This document shows positions 39,405 to 46,609 of a DNA stretch of 46,609 nucleotides, in pieces. Location: positions 1-46,609 of the forward strand of contig CALKOM010000089.1 in NCBI GenBank assembly GCA_938091905.1. The letters run 5' to 3'. Position 1 is the stretch's first letter, and every line of letters begins with the position of its first letter. Below the pieces are notes generated by a model. It saw only the letters and a program-made list of their open reading frames with translations, did no database searches and had not been told where the DNA came from. A program made the position numbers and the translations under genes. This DNA is from an uncultured Verrucomicrobiales bacterium. Lineage in GTDB: Bacteria > Verrucomicrobiota > Verrucomicrobiia > Verrucomicrobiales > DEV007.

Positions 39405-40393
39405 TCACGGAGATAAGATTCGAAGAAATACCGGCTGCTTCGTAGCAATCCAGATTGAACGGGGCATTTCACTGTCGCTCGCCGTCAGTCCAAAGGGCTC
39501 AGGTGTCCATTTCACGAGATTAGAGGACAGCTCAATGAAATACTTCGTGTTAGGAACCGAGTTCCGAGAAAACTCTAGCTTTCCGTTAGTACGATCCCAG
39601 TAAAGACTCTTTATCGCAAGAAGTGGCCGGGGAATCAGAGGATAGAGGTCAAGATCTAGGGTGTCGAAATAGACGATTCGATTGGCAATGAATTCTCGGA
39701 TTTCAATTGCCAACGATTCTGGAATTCGATCTGCCAAATGACAGACAGCAAGATAGCTGAGAAAAGACTCTGCGACGTCTTCACGGGTCGAGAAATCTCG
39801 TGCCCAGGAAAAGACGAACTCGTCGTCGGCCTCTTGGGCTGCTCGCCAACCAGCGGCGTTTGCATGGGCAGCATCCAAAGAGGTGTGGGACGCTTCATGG
39901 ATGAGCGTTTCTTCGAGAATACCGTCTTTCACATAGAGGTCAGATTACCCTGTATGAATCAGCAAATTGCTATTTCCACCACCGAATGGATCAACCCCGC
40001 GATGAATCCATGAAATCTCGACGCTAAGACGTGGGCAATCGCCCGAAGATGATTGCATACTTCTCAGCTTGTTCCTGTGCGGCACTCTCAGAACCAAACT
40101 CTATATTGACCTGCATCTCGATTATCAGGCCATCATCTTAGGAAGCCTAAAAAGGTAAGCTCGATTCTGAATCCAGTCATTGCCCCGCCGATCATAGAGC
40201 GCCCCGCACGCCCCTGCCGGTCGTCTTGATTTCTACAAGTGCCGTAGGGTCCGCTTCCGCGGTGATATTTGGATCGATGGGGATCTTACCAGTGAAAGGA
40301 GACACTCCAAAAACGCTCTCGCTCTACACGCAGAGCCCTAAAGTGACAGTTATCAGCAATCCAAAGTAATATTCCCGATCCCTGAACAGCCAT
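39405..40393 (-). pseudogene. Decayed secreted zincin-like (HExxH) protein with a C-terminal beta module
   Basis: Intact 3' part LEETLIHEASHTSLD...REDVAESFL. Upstream fragments PFTGKIPIDPNI, YDRRGNDWI..RAYLF*AS*DDG, QVNIEFG...AEKYA, WIHRGVDPFGGGNSNLLIHTG* contain TAG/TAA stops and frameshifts. Confidence 0.75.
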
Positions 40394-40543
40394 GCTAGCG
40401 CGTAGATACGTGACAGCAATGTTCACATTCCTGGATAAAGAGCGGGTTGACTCTCTTCATCCAAAGCTTCAAAACAAACGCTGAACCCAGCAGCGTCCCG
40501 CCGCTAAGAACTCAAAGACTCCAACCTAACCCAATCAGATTCC

Positions 40544-41092
40544 ATGAAAAGCCTATTCATCTTCACAAGCGCGCTCCTCGCGCTCAGTCTCCCCGCGTTT
40601 GCCGACCACCACGCCAAAGGCGACAGCAACTTTGCCACGAAGACTATTGACCTCGGTTGTGTGGTCAAGGATATCGACGCTTCGGTCAAGTTTTACACCG
40701 AAGCCATCGGTTTCAAAGTCGCAGGCGGCTTTAAGGTTCCCGCTGACTTTGCCAAGAAATCCGGTCTGACTAATAGCAAGCCACTGGATATCAAAGTGCT
40801 CACCCTCGGCGATGGCGATGGCGTGACCAAGTTCAAGCTGATGCAAGTCGAAGGATCAGGTAGCAAGTACAAGAACAAGCACATCGATTCCAAGCTCGGC
40901 TTTAGCTACATCACTATTTCTATCAAAAGCACGGATACTGCCCTCGCACGCCTCGCCAAGGCCGGTGTCAAGCCCATCGCCAAAGGACCTGTCGCCCTTC
41001 CTGACAACCTTGATCCATCCCTGGCGCTGACCATCGTGCGTGATCCCGACGGCAATTTCGTCGAACTCGTTGGTCCCAAGCCAACGAAGTAG
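40544..41092 (+). CDS. Secreted VOC (glyoxalase/bleomycin resistance) family protein
   Basis: Signal peptide ...PAFA; VVKDIDASVKFYTEAIGF; VRDPDGNFVELV. Confidence 0.88.
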   Translation: MKSLFIFTSALLALSLPAFADHHAKGDSNFATKTIDLGCVVKDIDASVKFYTEAIGFKVAGGFKVPADFAKKSGLTNSKPLDIKVLTLGDGDGVTKFKLMQVEGSGSKYKNKHIDSKLGFSYITISIKSTDTALARLAKAGVKPIAKGPVALPDNLDPSLALTIVRDPDGNFVELVGPKPTK

Positions 41093-41104
41093 CATCACAG
41101 AACC

Positions 41105-42646
41105 ATGCGACCGCTCGTCCTGTCATTCATACTTGCCCTATTGACGGCGAGCGGTCGTGCGCAAGATCGCCCGAACATTCTCTTCATCTTCACGGATGAC
41201 CAGTCTCATCGTACGGTCAGTTGTTACAAAGAAGCCTATCCTTGGGTAAAGACGCCGAACATCGACGCCCTTGCCAAGCAAGGGGTGCGCTTCACGCACG
41301 CTTACATGGGCACGTGGTGCATGCCCTCTCGGGCAACCATGCTCACAGGACACCATCAGTACGGCGTCGAGTCCATGCGGATGGAAGGAACCTATCCTGG
41401 CAGCACCTATGATCCCAAGAAATGTCCGTTCTGGCCTAGCATCTTCCGCAAATACGGCTATTCCACGGCTCAGATCGGCAAATGGCACACGGGTGTGGAT
41501 AGTGGCTATGGCAGAGATTGGGATCATCAGATCGTTTGGAGCCGGCCCAAGTATCCGGAGAATGCTGGAAACTACTACGATGATCAGATCGTGGAGATTG
41601 ATGGCAAGCCACAACGCGTCTCTGGCTATACCACGGATTGGTACACGGACCGAGCCATCGACTACGTTTCGGGCAAGACACGCCAGCAAGACAATCCCTG
41701 GTATTTGTGGCTCTGTTATGGAGCTGTCCACGGTCCCTTCACTCCTGCCGAACGCCATCGGCAAACCTATTCTGAAGCCAAAGTAGACGAACCTGCCGAC
41801 ATCTACCCTGATCAACTCACACGCGCAGGAAAGCCACACTACGTTCGCGAACGGAATCGCTGGATACGCAACGAAGCCGGTAATGCCGAGCTCGAGTCCG
41901 GGGTAAAGCAACGCACGGTGAAGAACGCGCCCATTCATGGCAACACGCTGCAAGACTGGGTGCGGCAGTATCACCAAGGTGTCCTCGCGATCGATGACGC
42001 CGTCGGTCGATTGCGGAAAGCGCTAGAAGCTTCGGGCCAACTCGAGAATACCTTGATTGTATTCGCCGGTGATCAGGGAATTGCCTGGGGCCAACACGGG
42101 TTTCAACAGAAGATTGCGCCCTACGATGCCAATATCCGCAGCCCTTTGATCATGAGTTTTCCAGGACACATTCCGAAAGGAAAGGTCTGCCCCACGCCGG
42201 TAGGAGGCACCGACATGGCTCCCACATTCTTCGCCTTTGCTGGCCTTCCACTGCCTTGGAAGATGCACGGCCATGACCTCACGCCCCTTCTAAAAGACCC
42301 AAATCGGGCATGGGCTCATCCCGTGCTCACCGCATTGACCGGTGAGAAATATGGCTCTGACACAGACGTCATTCCCACCGATCCCGAGGTGCTCTTGAAA
42401 ACGGCCAACGTGCCTTGGTGGGTGTCTCTGCTCCGCGGACGATACAAGTACATCCGCACGCTCGTTGAGAGCGAAGTGGAAGAGCTCTACAATCTTGAAA
42501 CTGATCCAGAAGAACTCGTGAATCTCGCCTTACAGCCGAAGTATCTAGACCGACTGCGAAGCATGCGTGCCGACACACTAGCAGAGCTTCGACGCACGGA
42601 TGCAGGAATGGCCGACTCTCTCCCCACCTTCTCGACCCCGCGGTGA
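41105..42646 (+). CDS. Formylglycine-dependent sulfatase
   Basis: Signal peptide; RPNILFIFTDD, TPNIDALAKQG, CMPSRATMLTG, GKWH, ELYNLETDPEE. Confidence 0.92.
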   Translation: MRPLVLSFILALLTASGRAQDRPNILFIFTDDQSHRTVSCYKEAYPWVKTPNIDALAKQGVRFTHAYMGTWCMPSRATMLTGHHQYGVESMRMEGTYPGSTYDPKKCPFWPSIFRKYGYSTAQIGKWHTGVDSGYGRDWDHQIVWSRPKYPENAGNYYDDQIVEIDGKPQRVSGYTTDWYTDRAIDYVSGKTRQQDNPWYLWLCYGAVHGPFTPAERHRQTYSEAKVDEPADIYPDQLTRAGKPHYVRERNRWIRNEAGNAELESGVKQRTVKNAPIHGNTLQDWVRQYHQGVLAIDDAVGRLRKALEASGQLENTLIVFAGDQGIAWGQHGFQQKIAPYDANIRSPLIMSFPGHIPKGKVCPTPVGGTDMAPTFFAFAGLPLPWKMHGHDLTPLLKDPNRAWAHPVLTALTGEKYGSDTDVIPTDPEVLLKTANVPWWVSLLRGRYKYIRTLVESEVEELYNLETDPEELVNLALQPKYLDRLRSMRADTLAELRRTDAGMADSLPTFSTPR

Positions 42647-42664
42647 GTCCAATCAGGAATTCGC

Positions 42665-43315
42665 TTAAGGCAAGCCACATAGCCACGCAAAGACATCGCG
42701 CACTTCCTCGTCACACACAGAGTGCTCCATGCCAGCGTAAGGCTTGAGCGTCGGTCTGTGTCCAGCTTTGGTCAGGGCCTCAACGGTCCGTTCTGCAGCA
42801 GCGAGAGGCACCATGGAATCCTCCGTGCCGTGAAATAATCCAATCGGCCGGGCCTCGGTCGCAGATGGACATGGGCGCTCTTCAGACTCCAAGAGATAAC
42901 CGGACATCATCAGAATTCCGTGCACGCGAGAAGCGTGGCCCAAACCGACGTGCAAGGCCATCGCCGCCCCTTGCGAAAACCCTGCCAGAACGACGGTCGG
43001 CGCCGTTTCTGCTAAGAGTATTTCCTGGATCGCCTTAGCACTGTCATCGACAGTGTCCCAATTCACGGCCCGTGGATGGGAAAGATCCAGGATGTCATAC
43101 CACGCTGGCATACTCATTCCGCCATTGATCGTTACTGGTATAGATGGAGCGTTTGGTAAGACGAAGCGCCACCTGCTAGGCTGCGCCGCCTGGCAGAGTG
43201 CTTGGGCAACGTCTCGGAAATCATGGGCGTCCGCGCCGAGGCCATGCATCAGGAGCACCACCAACTCAGCCTCATCACGTGTGGCACCGATTTCTAAACA
43301 AGGGAGAGATTCCAT
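42665..43315 (-). CDS. Phospholipase/carboxylesterase (alpha/beta hydrolase)
   Basis: MHGLGAD, PNAPSIPVTINGGMSMPAWYDI, GFSQG nucleophile, HGTED, H in GMEHSV; start ATG 43315. Confidence 0.92.
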   Translation of the reverse strand: MESLPCLEIGATRDEAELVVLLMHGLGADAHDFRDVAQALCQAAQPSRWRFVLPNAPSIPVTINGGMSMPAWYDILDLSHPRAVNWDTVDDSAKAIQEILLAETAPTVVLAGFSQGAAMALHVGLGHASRVHGILMMSGYLLESEERPCPSATEARPIGLFHGTEDSMVPLAAAERTVEALTKAGHRPTLKPYAGMEHSVCDEEVRDVFAWLCGLP

Positions 43316-43325
43316 GACAGCTATT

Positions 43326-44492
43326 CTAAAGATCCCGCAATTTGAGATCGTAGCCCACCACACGAAGCGAGGGCTTGTCGTTCGGAAAGGCTGTTGGATT
43401 CGTCGCCATGATGAACCGAATATCAGCATCGCGAAGTTCGGCCTTGGCGTCTTCGCTCAGAGTAGGATGAATCTCAGGCTCTATCCAGAGCGTCTCCACG
43501 AAGTTGTGGTGAAAGGGATCGTAAGTCTGGGTGAAACGATCTGTGATCTCAATGGGAGTCGTGGTTAGCCCCGTGATGGTTGTTCCTTCCCAAGTGTGAA
43601 GCAATGGGGTCTTCCAAATAAATACTGGCCCACCTTCTAACAGAGGCACTCCAATCGAGAACTTGGCCTTCACTGAGACACCGTCAATATCGATCGTCCA
43701 CGACCGGTTCCACCAATCGGGGGCAGGCTCTTCAGACATTTGATAGAGGCTAACCTCGTCTTCCTTCGTCTCCTCGATGACAAAGCCGCCATTACTGAAG
43801 CCCACCTCAGGCTGAGAGGCCACATACGTGCAAGACAACGTATACCGAGGATCACTCAAATGAATCTCGCCACGGCTTGCCGAAAGACTATAGCGAAACT
43901 CCATCACAAGCTCATAGTTCCTCTTTGACTCTCCATCACCGAAACTCCAGCTCACCGTCATATCGTTTCCTTTCGTGCTGACCTCCGCCCCAGGTAACTC
44001 TGATAGTGTCCCGACAAAGGTCTCCAACCCAGCCCCTTCTCGATAGGTTAGCCGCACAACGAGCTCCTTAAAGTAGTCAGCAGGAATCTTGGAAGGCTGG
44101 CCTTCAGCCGGCAAATGGAAATCCCAAAGAGACTTCATCCGGTGACGTGCGAGGCGATCTCCAAACTCTCCCTCATCCACTCGCAATTGCCCCAAGTAGT
44201 CACCGAGGACAGGTTCTTCCGGAGAAGAGAGGACTCGCAGGAAAACGGTCGCATCACCATCCCGTGGAACCGAGATCTCCGTCTCCGATGTCTCTTCCAA
44301 CGAAGTCCAATCGCTAAGATTGAGGCTGGACTGAATCGAATACGGCGCCTTCCCTCCGCTCCATTGCAACGTGACCTCATCCTTCAAGACAATCACCCCC
44401 TTCACCCCAACCGACTCTTCCGCGAGACCGAGAATCGGCGAGAGGGCGAGAACCGTTCCCAATAGGAAGCCATATCTTGAGGATCTACTCAC
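43326..44492 (-). CDS. Uncharacterised secreted protein: N-terminal beta module plus a ~290-aa domain with GEFGD...HRMKS and QTYDPFHHNF motifs
   Basis: 388-aa ORF with a signal peptide; begins 9 nt after the dikinase stop; no recognisable enzyme family. Confidence 0.75.
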   Translation of the reverse strand: MSRSSRYGFLLGTVLALSPILGLAEESVGVKGVIVLKDEVTLQWSGGKAPYSIQSSLNLSDWTSLEETSETEISVPRDGDATVFLRVLSSPEEPVLGDYLGQLRVDEGEFGDRLARHRMKSLWDFHLPAEGQPSKIPADYFKELVVRLTYREGAGLETFVGTLSELPGAEVSTKGNDMTVSWSFGDGESKRNYELVMEFRYSLSASRGEIHLSDPRYTLSCTYVASQPEVGFSNGGFVIEETKEDEVSLYQMSEEPAPDWWNRSWTIDIDGVSVKAKFSIGVPLLEGGPVFIWKTPLLHTWEGTTITGLTTTPIEITDRFTQTYDPFHHNFVETLWIEPEIHPTLSEDAKAELRDADIRFIMATNPTAFPNDKPSLRVVGYDLKLRDL

Positions 44493-44501
44493 GATGAAAT
44501 A

Positions 44502-46607
44502 CTATTCGATGACAGGCGGCGGCACAAGGGCTAGCCGAGGAATGCGCCGAACTTGCTTGATTTGAAACTCCCCTGGAACCACTTGCTTCCATTCAAGGTC
44601 TAGTTCGAGAACCTGCTCATCTGGAAAGTAGGATTCATAAGCCGAGGCCGTCGAATCGAGCATCTCTAGCAATTCCCCATAGGCCTCGTTGCGGCCAAGA
44701 ACAAATCCATCGCCTTCAACCAACCCGGAGCGCCCAATGACCTCAATCTCTGCCTCAGCAGGTTTACCTTGATAGTTTGCTCTTAACACCTCAGCTATTA
44801 GCTCATTGTTAGCGTTCGTGATCGAGTTCGCACCCACTTGAGACACGAGCTGCGCCTCGACCATTCTTGCCGCGTCAGCGGGCTTACGAATATCGAGAGT
44901 CGCCACGCCATTGGCCTCTTCTAGTTCATCAGGAAACGAGTAGTGGACCAGAATCGCCATCCCAACCTCCAATTCATCAACTCCATGACGCAAGCGCTCG
45001 ATGAAGGCAGTCTCATTGTAGAAGCTGGCATAGACTTTCCGAATCGCGCGAAAGACCCCTCGTTCCTGGTCACGACTTGTATCGCAACCACTGGGCCCTT
45101 CCGAATCATTATCAGTGTCATCAGCCAAACAACCGCTGAAGCTATCGTAGAGCCCCGCCCCGCTGAACACCTCAGAGTCCTCAACGTTGGTCGAACTTCG
45201 GAACCGCAGTCGGCGGGGATCTTCAAAACCAGCGAGGGCCTGAAGAATCGCTTCCTTCCCGCTCGGCGTGAAATCAGTTCCCTTCCGAATGCGGTCTCTT
45301 ATCTGCGCAAGGATTGGTCGCAGCGAAGCAACGTCGGGCGGAAAAGACTGCCCACGTAGGTCATCGACAATGCTTTGAATCAAGGTCCCATCACCAAAGG
45401 GTTGCTCCATGAAATCCATCCAAAGATCAAAAGTCAGGGCAATCGCAGGATCGGGCGAGTTGTCTGGAAGGGCCCGACGAAGAAACCCAAAGTTAGCAGC
45501 TTTCCCACCGGCACGATCAATGTCAGCAGGAGACAACTGCTCCGTCTCCAGATGGTAAACGCCAGAACGAACCATCGTTTGAACACTCACCTGAGGAGGT
45601 AGTTTTCGATCTAGAATCTCCTGCCTCTCCTCCGGCGCCAGTTTGCCGTCCACATCCTGGAGGGTAATTGCGCACTCGCCATCCTCTGGAGACACGACCA
45701 ACAGCACCTCCCGCCCGTCCATCGCCCGAATCTGCTCTTGCAATGCTAGACCAGAAGGATAAGCAAACGGGATCCTGAAAGACCGTGCAAGAATCGCCAC
45801 ATGCGCATTGGGAGTGGCAGGTTCCAATGCCAACACGCCTGCCACGACAGGAATTTCTGCGGGTATCTGATCGGTGACCAAGACGTCCTCATACGTCAAA
45901 CGACCATCCCCATAAGCCGCATCGATGTCCGCTGAAGCCACATACTTCAGTCGACCAAGTGCCCAGCCTGACGAGTAGCAGGCATTCTCCGTCACCCAAC
46001 GCGCTGCCGTCGTCACGACAACGCCTTGCTCGGCAAACCATGCTTCATTCTGAAATGCCACGTCGCTTTGTTCAAACGTGGGAAGATAGAACGTTCGCCA
46101 TCCTTCGGGCAGCGATAGACGAGCTCGCACAGCCCGGAACCACTCGACCACAGCCTCCCTAGGAAATGGTTCATTCCCGGTGAATTGGATCGCCACTTCC
46201 TTCACGTTTGGATCAGGCGGCAGAATGACCGTGCCCAACAAAAGCTCCTGACCTTCAAGGAACAAACTCTTCCTTACATACTCAACAAAACTGACGGTCG
46301 CAAAGTCAGGAAGCCGCGCCCGCGCAAAGTCGAAGTGAAAGGGATAGCGATCACTATTTTGAAAGTAGACGCGGTCGAGATCGTAAAGGATCACTGTAAA
46401 CTTGGCGAACGTGAGATTCTCAAGGCCGCCTACCGTAGTCTCAGAGAAGATTCTCTCGTCCGGCACGCACAGCTGATTCGTCCAATCAGACGTCTCATCC
46501 ACGTCAAGACTCCGAACCCGATAGAAATTCGCACGCTCCTCCAATGGAAGATGATACCGATCATAAACGTCATTCGAAACAGCCCGCTCCGTCCAGTTCT
46601 TGAGATC
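44502..46607 (-). CDS. PEP-synthase/PPDK-family dikinase-like protein, 5'-partial: beta module, unknown domain, phospho-His domain, C-terminal ATP-grasp
   Basis: Frame open to the window edge (DLKNWTERAVS...NFYRVRS); TPNAHVAILARSFRIP; AGGKAANFG; FRSSTNVED...SGAGLYDSF; AIRKVYASFYN..AF; MAILVH; DLEWK...IKQVR. Confidence 0.85.
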   Translation of the reverse strand, partial: DLKNWTERAVSNDVYDRYHLPLEERANFYRVRSLDVDETSDWTNQLCVPDERIFSETTVGGLENLTFAKFTVILYDLDRVYFQNSDRYPFHFDFARARLPDFATVSFVEYVRKSLFLEGQELLLGTVILPPDPNVKEVAIQFTGNEPFPREAVVEWFRAVRARLSLPEGWRTFYLPTFEQSDVAFQNEAWFAEQGVVVTTAARWVTENACYSSGWALGRLKYVASADIDAAYGDGRLTYEDVLVTDQIPAEIPVVAGVLALEPATPNAHVAILARSFRIPFAYPSGLALQEQIRAMDGREVLLVVSPEDGECAITLQDVDGKLAPEERQEILDRKLPPQVSVQTMVRSGVYHLETEQLSPADIDRAGGKAANFGFLRRALPDNSPDPAIALTFDLWMDFMEQPFGDGTLIQSIVDDLRGQSFPPDVASLRPILAQIRDRIRKGTDFTPSGKEAILQALAGFEDPRRLRFRSSTNVEDSEVFSGAGLYDSFSGCLADDTDNDSEGPSGCDTSRDQERGVFRAIRKVYASFYNETAFIERLRHGVDELEVGMAILVHYSFPDELEEANGVATLDIRKPADAARMVEAQLVSQVGANSITNANNELIAEVLRANYQGKPAEAEIEVIGRSGLVEGDGFVLGRNEAYGELLEMLDSTASAYESYFPDEQVLELDLEWKQVVPGEFQIKQVRRIPRLALVPPPVIE

Positions 46608-46609
46608 GA

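Noticed and set aside
37310..40393. Stop-codon recoding (TAG read-through) as an explanation for the in-frame stops
   Set aside because: The interrupted genes contain both TAG and TAA plus frameshifts, and intact genes end normally at TAG
44502..46607. Annotation as ppsA/ppdK or rifampin phosphotransferase
   Set aside because: No pyruvate-binding barrel in the visible part, and the His domain precedes the ATP-grasp, unlike all three

Overview
Gene-dense bacterial chromosomal window, most likely PVC superphylum / Verrucomicrobiota. This is inferred from the PVC-type heme/dehydrogenase proteins, two sulfatases, a large LamG surface protein and a recurrent S-x-[DN]-L-x-x-W...F-x-R beta module. 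Left to right: a 5'-truncated LamG/Ig/Ca-repeat surface protein; a PfpI - Tat TIM barrel - pentaheme cytochrome c - propeller operon; TolC/MFP/ABC-ATPase genes with no permease; CvfB; a C12orf65-like GGQ factor; a long-form pyruvate:ferredoxin oxidoreductase; two decayed helical-repeat genes and an intact PDZ-bearing relative; a metzincin; a purple-acid-type phosphatase with four jelly-roll repeats; a DUF5916 barrel; a compound pentanucleotide microsatellite; a ThuA-NPCBM-propeller-HEAT-heme fusion; three more pseudogenes; two sulfatases; a VOC protein and an esterase. The best candidate for a new system is at the right edge: a dikinase with glucan-water-dikinase-like domain order (phospho-His domain before the ATP-grasp, no pyruvate barrel), followed closely by a signal-peptide-bearing partner, both carrying the same beta module. 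No rRNA, tRNA, CRISPR array or mobile element was found. All family calls come from motif recognition by eye; no database searches were run.
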